64,000 nt of DNA from Adineta vaga (lineage: Eukaryota; Animalia; Rotifera), in assembly GCA_021613535.1 (NCBI GenBank), contig CP075496.1:7502001-7566000 (forward strand), written 5' to 3'. This document shows, piece by piece, positions 26,844 through 39,404 of the stretch (position 1 is the stretch's first letter; each line of letters begins with the position of its first letter). The position numbers were made by a program, and so were the translations under genes. Below the pieces are notes generated by a model. It ran no database searches. It was not told where the DNA came from and worked only from the letters and a program-made list of their open reading frames with translations.

Positions 26844-28923
26844 TTATTTTGATTCAAATACTGCAAAAGATATTTTTCGCGACGACGAAGAAACATCTCG
26901 AATCAATTGTTCGATTTTGATGTTATTAACATGAGTTGGAGGTAACATTTGTCGATAGATTTCAGCTGTTTTCTCATAATAAAATAATGCTTTTTGACGT
27001 TCATTTTTCAATGCATGAATAATACCAATATTTCCCATAACTTTAGCAAGTTCAAGACTATTTGTTAAATAATATTTCTCTGAAATTTTTAATGCTACAG
27101 AATAATGTTCCAAAGCTGAATCATATTCTTCAAGTTGTCTATAGACATTCGCAATATTACAACGTGTTTTAATCATATCGATATGATCACTTGTGAGATA
27201 TTCTTCTAAAATTGTTAATGTTTTTTTGAAACATTCCAATGCGTTTTTATAATCTTTTTCTTGTTTATAAACAATACCAATATTATTTGTGCATTCAGCT
27301 ATATTAAAATAATTCTCATCGACAGATTGTTTCCATATCAAAATAGCATTCTTATAAGATTCAATAGCTGATTTTGAATCATCTTTTGCATTATACATAT
27401 GACCCATACTATTATAAACAAGTGCAAAAAACATATCATCCGATTCTAATGTTCGTAGAGATATTTCCAGTGCTTTTGATAACCATTCATAACTGGCTTC
27501 ATAATCACTTTTTATAAAAGCTATATTACCAAGATTAAGATAACAATAAGCAATACGTTCATCTTCATCTGATAATTCAGCAATTAATCGTCGATAATAT
27601 TTTTCTGCTTCATCCGAATTTTTCAATTCTTGTAAAATACAACCAAATGAAAGAAGATTGATTTCTTCATTATCATTTTTATAACTATTCAAAACAGATT
27701 TCAGATATTTATTTGTTTTATTTGTTAAGGTCATTTCAATAATCCAAACATTATTTTCGTCTTGATGAATATTATTTAATTCAAATATAGATCCTAACAT
27801 GAATAAAACTTCAGTTGAATCCTTTTGAGAAGAATCTTGTGCTGGAATAATTGCAAATGGTTTTATTCTATTGAGATTCGAATCAGCAGTAATTTCAAAT
27901 AGAATAGATTGAAAATTATTCGGTATTAGTGAAACTTTAGTAGAAAGAAGTTCTAATTGACGATCTATATTTGTTACGAGAAAGTTCTTTATTGATATGA
28001 ATTGTCCAATTGAATTTTTCAATAATTCCAATTCTTGCTCATTGATCAATTGATGTTTATAAACTTTAATTGGAAGTGAATATTGATTTAACATTAATTG
28101 GTGTTGAATATCACGTAGAAACGGTCGAAAGAGAAAAATTAAATCAATATTATTTCTTCGTAATGCTTTATTGAATATTTGAGAAATAAATGTTTCTTTT
28201 GTAAACCACCATATAACATTATCAGGCGAATAATTATGATCAAATTTACGAAGTACTTGTAATTCAAATTGATTTCCTTTATATTGATTTCGACATAGTG
28301 ATAGTAAATCAGTTGAATCATTTGGCATCGGATCCATTTCAAGTAAAACATCAATCAAGATTTGAGAAGATAGAAATCTTTTATTATTCGTATTTGTTCG
28401 ATCAATACGAAAAATATCGAACAAGAGTTCATCTTTCCGATATTTACATCTTGTTTGATCAATGTTTATTTCATTTATTAATTCATTATATGTTGTACAA
28501 ATCGATCTGATCTATAAAAAGAAAAAGATTCAAATTCTCTTTTATATACTACAATAAGAATATTACCTTATGAAATTCATTCATCCATTGTTGATCTGTA
28601 GTCTTATTTGGAGAATAAATGTATACAGAAAATAATTGTGATAAATCATGAATATGTGAAATAATCGTTTGTCCAATTTGATCGTTGACTATGAATATAA
28701 TATCTTCATCTTTAGGTATTTGTTTAATATAGAATTCACATTCTTTTTCATTGGTAAATATTTTCAGATAATTTATTGTCGTACGAAGTTGTTGTTGAAT
28801 AAAATTCGTTTTTCGAGATTTTTTTGTTGTAGTATCTAGCCAAATGAGAGTAAAAATTTCCAAATTTTCATTTTGAATAAATGTTTCACGCGAAGATTTA
28901 CTCGTACTATAACACGAGCCCAT
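26844..28923 (-). CDS. Receiver-like domain + ADP-ribosyltransferase-like domain + TPR repeats (~674 aa)
   Basis: 2 exons (28923-28567, 28511-26844). LEIFTLIWLD N-domain, ART-fold segment VYKHQ..FLVTN..LFEI..EVLFMLGSIF, then ~6 kinesin-light-chain-type TPRs. Confidence 0.8.
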
Positions 28924-31034
28924 CTTTTAATAGTTTTTTACATGAAAACAAAGTCTTTTATGGGCCATATAAATATACCTGCATGCTCATTCATTGGAAC
29001 GAACCAAAAGAAAAGAAAAGAAAAGAAAAACGAGTCATAAAACCAGTTTGTTCTTTTTCGTATTCGTTTTATTCAATGTGATATGAAGAATGACAAATAT
29101 ATGATTTCTTGATAATTTATATCGACGTACATTGAGTATGTAGTTAAAAGATATTGTGTATCACATTAATGATTCAATTCTATAGAATAATAGAAAAAAT
29201 TTGAAGTTTGATTGATGATTTTCGTTTGGTTTCATACGTAATCAAAGTCGTGAGTAATATAAATGACGTAGGACGCCAAGAATAACAAATTGATTAATGA
29301 ATATTGAAGGTTACTGTTAGAACTGTCAATATCATTCATTTACTTCGTGTTCCTGAGAAATAATCTATTGGTATTATCGATCTATTTTCTACGATACAAA
29401 AACAGAAGAATTCGATAGCCGTCATCTAATACATTTCATGCACATGAAGCATATTTTGAAGAAATCATAAAATGAGAAGTTATTAACAACGAAATAAAAC
29501 TTTTCGTTTATTTCTTTGTGTAATTTTCATTTGTACTTTTGATGAATGACTTGATAGGTTTTCTAGTCATAATTATAAATTAGTATACAATCATTAAATG
29601 ATCATATCAATACATTAAACCCTCTAGCTAACAATTTGCTTTGCTAATGGTTTTCTTCAACAAAAATTACAGTCAATCTTTTCTATACAATATACTAGAA
29701 CAGCAAATAGTTATATTACAATTATCCTAAACATATGACATCTAATGCAATTTTCTAAGATAACTTTATCGATAAATGTTTTTATAGGGTTTATTTTTAT
29801 TACTAATTTCGACAGATGTATTTTGTGCAATGATTGTTCTTCGAACAGTGAACTCTTTGGAAGTTTCAAGTTGAAGAATCTTTGAATTTTTTTTATTTAA
29901 AATCGAACTTTTCTATCGATTTACTAAAAGATTTAGGATATGGTAAAAAATGTACTGGTTTTATTGTTGGTAACGAAACATTTCGATAACGTAATATGTG
30001 TTGTGTCGTTGGATATGAATTGTCTTCGATTTTTGATTGAGATACTTTCATATCGAATGTTGAACAAGGTTCGATGCAACATACACTTCGAGATTCTTAA
30101 AAATAATTATTTCAATATTCGAATTAGAATTAAGAAAAATATACTTCTCAGTTGTAAATCGTTTGATTGTTTATTTACATTAAATAATTTTTCACAATTA
30201 CGATGAGATTGTTTCGAGACTGATGTATTGTCATTGTGAGGATGTACTTGAGTTTTACACGTCCATAATCTTTCTAAATAATTCGCATCAAAATGATAAA
30301 CTAGTAACAATCGAGATTTTTAATATATACCTGGATTATGTCTTGAACGTCGTCCAGAAGAATGATTACGAAAAGGTGAAAGAAATGAAATTGATCTTAC
30401 TCGAAAACGATCGACTAAAATGTTCAATTCTTTGGTTGAAATAACTTGACAAAGATCAAACTGAATTACTAATCATTACGACTAACATAGTTCTTGTGAA
30501 AAAGTATATAGAAAAATGTCCTATTATACTTACATGATAATGGCATACGTGATGAACGATTTGATGATGATGATGTCGGCATGGTATTATTCATCAATGA
30601 GCATCTGCGTTTCAGTTATATATTTGAATGAGATAAATATAAATTATCGATTTTGCTTTTTAACAGTATGGAAGAAAATCGTTCAGTTGATTGTATCTCA
30701 GAAGTCCATCATAGCGTACATTGATGACAACGGATATAGAAAAAGAAGAATTCGAACAGACGAACCATATTTCCGATTAAATGAAAGTCTTATAGATGAT
30801 TTTTTGAGAAAACTTCCATGATAATTACTAAGAAGAAGTTTTTGTCTATTCTGAATAGATAAAAATAGAAATGTTCTTATCGAATTAAATGTATCATAGA
30901 TTAACTTCCCATTAACGATGAACAAAGAAATTCGAAGTAGTAAAAATTTTATTTAAAATAAAGATAAGCTGTTTTCATATATTAGTTAAAAAGAGTCTAT
31001 TTGTATCTTTTAAAACTATTGCAATGTGGTAGAT

Positions 31035-33032
31035 TTATACTCGAGCAACTTCTTGAAAGTAAACGCCCATAACTTTCATTCCATTCATATAATTAATAAT
31101 ATCGAATTTTTCATTTTGTGAATGTGCACCATCATCACTAGCACCAATTGGTAATAAGAGAACATTTTTGCCTGTTTGTTCTTGGAATGTTACTAGAGAA
31201 ATGAAAATATAGATACTCAATATTTTGTTTTGATGAAGAAAACAATTGTAACTTACAAGTAATTGGAATAGAACCACCTTCACGTGTTAAATCAGGTTCA
31301 ATACCATGAACAGCAATTGTTGCTTTACGTGCTGCAACATATTGAGGATGGTTTGGATCAGCAACCCAATAGTCGCCACCATGTTCTAATTTAACGGAAA
31401 CTTTATTTGGTGAATTTCGTCCTTTCATAATATTTTGAACATGTTTTTCAACTAATTTTTCTACTGTAGCAATTTTCATATTAGGAACGATACGAATAGA
31501 AAATTTTCCTATTACATGACGAGGTATAACTGTCTTACAGCCAACACCATCAAATGCACCTAGAAAAAGACAAATAGAGCATTGTTTTTTGATTTTCAAT
31601 CATTCATCTTCATGATATACCTTGGATTCCATGTAAAGTTAAAGATGGATATCTCCAACGATGCATTAAAATTTGTTCTTTATCTTTCTGAATTGTTTTT
31701 TCCACGCCAGCTTCAGAACAATAAGCTTTCTATTATGATAGAAAAGTGAAGATGAAAACAAAATTTCAAAAAATGAAACAAACCGTATCAAAAGTAATAC
31801 GTTTATAAAGTTCTTCTTCTTCTGGTAGAAGTAGTGCAACTTCATCATACATTCCATCGATTAAAATACGGCCTTGACCATCAACTAATGTGTTCATTAC
31901 AGCAATTAAATCAGTCATTGCTTCATGGCTAAAATTTATAAAAAAAAAACACAATTAAATCTCATGACATCATACAGATATGACAAAACTAGTATTCCTC
32001 ATTTAAAATCTAATTTACTTCTGAATACTCTGTTGATAATGTACTCTATGAAGAATAAGGACGTAGATCACCGGTATATAACAATAGCGGAATTATATTA
32101 CGCGAGAGAACTTATATCTTAGTTTTTACTATATGTTCAAAAACGAATCTTAAATGAAAGATCTATTCTATCGAACATATTTTTATTGTTGATTCTATAC
32201 TACTTACATTGTACCACCGAAACAGCCAGAGTGTAAATCTTTTGTTGAACATTCAACATCAAGAAAGAAGTAACAAATTCCTCTAAATACAACGAAAGAC
32301 AATCAAATAAAATAAATTGAAGAGAAAATTTACCGAAGACCATATTGTAAACATGGTTTTTCTTTTCCTAACCAATAACTATCGGAGATTACAACATAAT
32401 CAACACCAGATAGAAAAGTATCTTTTAATGATTTGAGTAAATCTTCAAGACCTTCACTGCCATATTCTTCCATACTTTCGAGTACAAATTTAACATTAAC
32501 TGGAAATGGTTCATTCAGTTTTTGATAAGCTTCGATGACATTCAGCCAACTAATAACTGGACCTTTATCATCAGTTGAACCACGACCATATAATTTGCCT
32601 TGTTTCTCTGTTAACACAAATGGTTCCGTATCCCAACCATCGGATACTTGAGCTGGTTGAACATCCAAATGACCATAAATAACTACGGTTTTCTTCAATT
32701 TATCATTTCCATAAGTACCCAAAATAACATCGGGCAATTTTATTTTTGTTCCATCAGCGAGTTTTTGTTCACCAACATCAGCTAATTCAATTTTAATACC
32801 TAATGATTCCATAAAAGATTTAGTCCATTGAACCATACGAAAAACTTCAGGTCGATGATCAGGCCAAGCTGATACAGAGGGTATAGCAACTGCATCACTT
32901 AAACGTTGAATATATTCTTTTTGATGATCATCAAAAAATCTAATTAATTCCAATTCTTTTTATTCGATCTGTATGTATATAGAATGAAATCACTTACTTA
33001 AATAAACGTTTGTTAAAATCTTCATTAGACAT
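31035..33032 (-). CDS. CNDP2: Cytosolic non-specific dipeptidase (peptidase M20)
   Basis: [37 protein letters not shown] and DGAHSQNEK over multiple exons. Confidence 0.95.
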
Positions 33033-33938
33033 GGTTCTATTTGATAGCTGATGAAGTGATACTTTTCTGATCTACAAATATTAAAGAATAAATGAAATAG
33101 ATTATGAAGTGGATTTTTTATATCTTTGTTATGTTTGTAGATGACAATGCTCGTTTTTTTTTCATTTGGTCAAAGTTTCTCATAGATAAAAGTATAAGTG
33201 CTCTGTCAACAGCAACGAACGACAATGTATTTGTCTTCGAGAATATCATTGAAATAAAAAAAGACATTTATATCTATCGAGGTAATGAGAGCGAATATAG
33301 CTGAAGAATAGTGTAAGCTATAATTATTGAAGTGAAGTGAAGATAAAATCGGATAGGTTTTCAATTCGACCATTTTGTTTTGTCGATTTATTGTATACAA
33401 TAATCACTCATATTATTCTATGCGACTTGAAGTCAATGTAAAACATAACGGTCAGAATACATCGCATATCCATATAAACCCTCAATTGCTCTGTCTCTGA
33501 AAAAATCTGCACAATAGTCATGGCGTGACACAAAACAAAAGCAATGTTTCATTCTTTGTAATATATATGTATATATATATATATGTATATTGTGTCAATT
33601 TCTTTCTGTTCATCGAAAGTCAGTTCAGTTTCACAAGAACTATGCTAGTACGAATAGAAAGATGCAAGACAAAATCCCAATCATGTACACAAAAAAAGGC
33701 ACAGAAAAGAAACGAAAAATCCTTGTGTACGTATATAAATATATATACACAATTTAACAAAACTGAAAACAAAACAAAACAGAAACGGAAGTGTTTTTTT
33801 TAATGAAGAAAAGAAAACGAACGATGTTAAACCAAAAACAAAATGAGAAAAAGAAAACGAATGTAATAGTCAAAATAGGTTCGAATGTGCAATATATGAG
33901 AAGTTTATGGCACGAACTTCTTTACAATAAAATGTTTA

Positions 33939-34802
33939 TTACGTCTGTACACAACGTCGTTGTCGATTGCCAAGAACAATATTGTCAAGATCAAGACCTG
34001 ATCCAAGAAATAGTTTGGTAGTTTTTACCGTCGATACTATTGGTGAGGTTTTTCTTGATTTAGTTGTTTTATTACTGATGGATTTAACTTCTTGTTTGAT
34101 TGGCCGAGATTTAGTTTTTTTTACAGGTTTTGTTTCTAAAGTAGTCGTTGTTGATGACTGAAGTGGTTTTGTTCGACGTAATTTTACACGTTCTTCAATA
34201 GATAGTGATGGTGGAACGTCCGATATTTGATTTTGTGAAAGATTTAATGTTTTTTCATTGCTTTGTTTAATTGCTTTCTTCTTTTTTATAATACTACCTT
34301 GTGTTAGTTTAATATTAGTCTAAATTTAGAATTCTGTTATTATTTATTTCAATCAAGTATTGTCTTACTTTTACTGTTGTTTTATTATCTTGTTTTTTTC
34401 CCGATGACGTCCGAGAATTAGTCATTGCTGTTCGTGTCGAAGATCGGAGATTTGATTTCTTCTTAGTTAATCTTGCATCTGTTAATGATTTATTACTATT
34501 TGTTGTTGAGATTGATGCACGTTTCGAATTTGATAAAACTAAAGAATTATTTTCTTTATCGCTGGAATTACGATCAACGGAAACAGTACGGTTTTCAGTC
34601 AATGTTGTTGTCTCTATTGGAATAAATGTTTTGATAGAAGAGAAGTTTTATGAAAAGTTTTAAACAGACTAGTACGATTTGAAGACTGTCGACGTTTTCT
34701 ATTCTTCTCTTCACGTTGATTCAATGGTAATTCATCGTTATCATCTGCATCAGGTCGTAAAGAATAAGAATGATCGGAAAGAAAGGTGTAATTATTTATC
34801 AT
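33939..34802 (-). CDS. Basic S/T/K-rich disordered protein with C-terminal CHZ/HIRIP3-like motif
   Basis: Exons ~34802-34676, 34612-34369 and ~34294-33939; ends LGSGLDLDNIVLGNRQRRCVQT*. The start and the last acceptor are uncertain. Confidence 0.5.
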
Positions 34803-35909
34803 AATTAGACTATCAATAAATACATCGAAGAATTACATGGATGGATTATCTATCGATTGATATGAAAATAATCAAAAGAAAATTATTAGAATTTTTTCGA
34901 ATAGCAATCATTTTATCTGACAGATCGTATAAAAAGAAGAAATCAAATGAAATATAAATAAATAAACAAGAAAAGAATCAAGAATCATTATAGTTTAGTT
35001 AGTAATATTAATAGATTTTTCAATTGGTTGATTTATTTATTCATTCAGCTTGATTCTTAAATAATTTAAGCATAATAATGGATGTATGAATTTATTTTAA
35101 TCGTGAAATTTTCTAGATTTTTTTTCTCTAATATTTTAATACAATCTGTTAAAATTAAAATACCAATGATTATATTGATTTCCACCAGACAGCAACGACA
35201 TCTATTCAGATCGAAGAATTCAATGCACAAAACTTCGAACATATACTATCGATTCTTTGAAGCATATTTCTATTGATACTGTAAGATCTGAGCAAATTAT
35301 TGTCTTGAAGATTTACAGAACCTTGTCGAGATACAAAATGCAAGAAAGAAAAGAGTTTTCATAATTTACAAAAAGTTTCAAACTGCAATGCATATTTTCA
35401 AATTACCAATCATTCAAAATGAGGTTGATGATGATGATTATAAATACTCTTTTATTTTATTTTATTTAATTACAGTTTTTCTATCTTTAAAATGCATATA
35501 AAACATCTCTTTCATCTGCATACAACTTGTCGAAATATTCGATAAAATCATCGAGTTTTGCTTCTCACAACTTTTTTTATTAATTATTTTTCCTTATCAA
35601 AATATCAAATATTTTCTATATTGTCAAGTATGACATGGACGATAAATAAGCAAGGACATCGATTATATCAATTATTGAATTTACCTCTAATTATCATTAC
35701 ATTCAATCATCAAATATGATGTTTTCTAGTCATGGACATACGCTAGACAAAATAGAAGATTTCGACATTGAAATCATGTGCATTAGTGTAATGTTCTTCA
35801 AACAATTGAAAATCAAAAGATCAAATAATGATTACATCTAATTATCTATTATATTATGAAACTAAATCGAAAAGACGAACAAATAAGCTATTAATATAAA
35901 CATTAGCAA

Positions 35910-36388
35910 TCAGAAATCTTGTTTTATTTCAAATTGTGCTTTCGGTTTTTGACGTAATACATGTGGACGTTCATTTTGTGTTAATTCTTTATGTTCTTCA
36001 ATTTCTTCTTCAGTATTACCTGCAATTAAAGAGAAAAGAAAATTAAATTAGTTAAAAAAATAAATATGTATAGATGTCTGTCTACCTGCACGACATTCTT
36101 CTCTACATTCTTCTTTACGACTGACTGGACATTTCATTCGCTGTATACATTTATCATACGACAAGAAATGATTTGCTTTCAATGATGTATACACTAAATG
36201 ACGAATAAATCAATTATTTGTTTTTGTCGTTGAATACTCAGATTAACTTACTATGTGATGCATCTTTAGTTACGTCGGATTTTTCCAATGATTTTGAATG
36301 TTTAAGTTTTGATTCAGTTTCTACATGTTGAAATAAATAGAGAAGAAAAATGACCAATATGAATTGATATCGTTCTATAATATCTACC
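35910..36388 (-). CDS. Small putative secreted Cys-containing protein (5' end unresolved)
   Basis: Three in-frame exons: ..YQFILVIFLLYLFQHVETES..|..YDKCIQRMKCPVSRKEECREECRAG|NTEEEIEEHK..KQDF*. No in-frame ATG exon was identified. Confidence 0.4.
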
Positions 36389-37048
36389 TAAATAGAAAAT
36401 ATGAATGTAATAATTAGAAATTTATTTAGTACTTTTCAAAATAGGATTGATCTTCTTTTTTTGTTAGTTGTGTTATATCTTTTCTTTAATAATTTTCGTT
36501 TTGTCTCTTATTACATAAAGATAAGTTCAATGAATAATCGTGTAGACATTTGAACGCTTTAATGCGAAGCGCAAAACAGATTAACGGCGTGCGCAATATA
36601 TCACATATGCCCATCTTTTGACACGCGTTATAACTACTCTTTTTTTTTCTAGCGTCTCACTTCTTTCTCTTTTCCTCTTTTCTTCTCTCTGCCTCTCTCT
36701 CTCTCCGACTCTTTCGCTCGTTCGAATGTTGTTGAACAACATTGTCCAGACGCAGTGAGTTAGAAACTAACGATAAGAGTAAAGTAGTACATCGTGTTCT
36801 TTTTTTTTCTTTCTTTCACTCTCTTTTTCTCTCTATGTATCTTTCTTTTATTCTTTATCATTTGTATACAAAATATCCCGCAAAGGGATGTATCGAGCAT
36901 TTACCGTGAAAACAAGCGTTACGAACGAATACTATTAAAATTAGACGTACAAGGATGTTTGGAAGAGCAAGGATTGAGTAAAGAAAGGTCGATCTGCATA
37001 ATCAAAAACGTCTCTTTATTGTGGTGATAGTTTTGCTCAAAATACAAA

Positions 37049-38219
37049 ATGGGTAGCAAGGATTATTATATCATCTTAGGTGTTCATCAGTTGGCAAGTG
37101 ATGATGAAATCAAACGTGCTTATAAACAAAAAGCGCTTAAACATCATCCCGACAAAAATCGTGGTGATATTGATGCCGAAAGAAAATTCATGGATATTAG
37201 TGAAGCTTATGAAATTTTATCTGATCCATATAAACGTTCTTTATATGACCGATTTGGTTCAGAAGAACTACGAAATTATTTAGGAACAGATCCTCGTACA
37301 CATTTTCGTTCAACCGGTAATAATTATCCAGAATATGGTACTGATCCAAATAATGAATATACATATGATTCATATAATAATTATTTTGTACGTTATAAAG
37401 ATCCTACAACTTTTTATGATTTGTATGTTACCTTAGAAGAAGTGAACAAAGGTGCGACAAGAAAAATGAAAATCACACGAAAAAGATTCAATGCTGAACA
37501 TAATACAACTGTACGTGATGAAAAATTACTAGAAATTCAAATCAAACCTGGCTGGAAAGAAGGTAGAGGAAAAGAAAAAGAAGAAGAAGAAGAATCAGAA
37601 AAAAATGAAAAAATACCTTCATCTGATTTGTTTCTTTTGTTTTTAGGAACGAAAATTACGTTTGAAGGTGAAGGTGATGAAGGCGATGAAAATACTATTG
37701 CAGGTGATATTGTATTTATTATTCGTGACAAACCCCATCCAATATTTGAGCGCTCAAATTCTGATTTAATTTATCGAGTTAAACTCAATATAAAACAAGC
37801 ACTTCTAGGTACATTGATTGTTATTCCATTTCTTGACACGAATAAACCGCCGTATCAATTACGTTCTCATCAAGAAATTATTACACCACATGCTGAAAAA
37901 CGTTTTCTTAACGAAGGTTTACCATATCCAAAAGATCCATCGAGACGTGGAGATCTGATTGTTAAATTTGATATTCTTTTCCCTAAAATACTTAGTAACG
38001 AACAACGTACACTTATCGATTGTTGTTTTTCAAATTCAATCGATTCTTATCTACCACATAATTCGGTGCTTCATACTACTATTATCGAACAAACCCAACA
38101 GCAACAATCACAAGCACCTCCAGCTCCAGCTCCACCTCCTACTCAACCTCCTCCACCACCGCCACAAACACAGCAGCAGCAGCAGCAGCAGCCGCAGCAT
38201 CAGCATCAGCAGCATCAGC

Positions 38220-38250
<31 letters not shown>

Positions 38251-38650
38251 GCAACAACAGTCAAACACACAGTCACATCATCACCACCATCATCAGCATC
38301 AACATCAACATCAGCAACAACAGCCACAATCTTCAACGATACAACAACCTCAAGTATCTCCGCCACAACCACGAACAGGCCCTACTTTTCCTCCAACATC
38401 ACCTCTAAAACATTCGACTGCTCCGCCTAGCAATTCTTCTTCGACTAGTACTCCTACTAATTCAAATAATCAGTATCAAAAAGTTTTCAATCGTTATGTA
38501 AATCGTAATGGACATCAGAAATCTCCAAGTTCACCAATTAAAAATCCTAATAAAATAAAAATATCACCTGTACGTGCGTCAGTACCGGTTCCACCGCCGG
38601 CACCACCATCATCACCTGCGACGGTATTCGCCAATGAAACTGTCTTTTGA
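37049..38650 (+). CDS. Class B DnaJ/Hsp40 chaperone with polyQ/H/P C-terminal tail
   Basis: J domain with HHPDKN; DnaJ_C (VTLEEVNKG, IKPGWKEG|TKITF, GDIVFII, EGLP..RGDLIVKF); 84-nt intron at 37563-37646. Confidence 0.92.
38171..38325 (+). repeat. Coding CAG/CAA/CAT trinucleotide tract (polyQ, QH repeats)
   Basis: (CAG)7, a long CAA run and CATCAG/CATCAA units read directly. Confidence 0.95.
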
Positions 38651-39404
38651 GTATTCCTATTTTCGTTTATTATAGTGTTTTTCTTCTCTGACAACAAAAA
38701 ATTTGAATTCTAATTGTTTTTCTATGATGTTTTTTTATCAGTAATGATCAACGTAGTGAAATCCTTTTCAATAAAAATCAAATATTGTCTATTCAATTGT
38801 TCTATTCATGATATTTAATGAATCATAGCAAACATTTCCGTTACATATTTATTAATACAATTAAATCACTCTAGGAAATGTACAAACAAAAACATATATC
38901 TTACCATGTTATACCTCCTGAATCACTGAGTGGTAACTAGAAAATGATGGATTAATTCTACGCATCCCGTCGTCTTTTTTTCTCCGTCATCTTCTGATAG
39001 AACGATTAATAACTTAGATGAGAAACAACAATCCTCTTGGCGATATTTATATACAGATCCTCAATAAGCGATGATGGCAGCTGCCGAACTAGAGAAGTTC
39101 TGCACAATATTGCATAAATAATTATCTAAAGATGATATTCCGATGACATAATTATGCCATCAAATATAATAATTAATTTTGACTAAAATTAGTAATATTT
39201 CATTCAAATGAAGACTAAATGGTATATGGTGTGGATCTCTGCAGTGACAGAGGCGATCAGCAATGGACGACATCTATTATGAATGAGAAGGCATTGAAAA
39301 TAGTGTAATGGCTCGAATAGATTGGAGCATTAAGCAAGAAAATAGGAAAATTTTCTTTGCTTATTAAATCATTCTATTCTTGTTCTCACTCGATTGATCG
39401 GACC

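Noticed and set aside
29900-30830. Chain of short ORFs resembling a decayed gene
   Set aside because: No recognisable domain, so a pseudogene call cannot be supported without a homology search.
31929-32207. Hairpin within a long CNDP2 intron
   Set aside because: The stem is AT-rich with no convincing C/D or H/ACA boxes.
37959-38408. Overlapping polyS/polyN and antisense polyV/A ORFs
   Set aside because: Frame and strand shadows of the CAG/CAA repeat.
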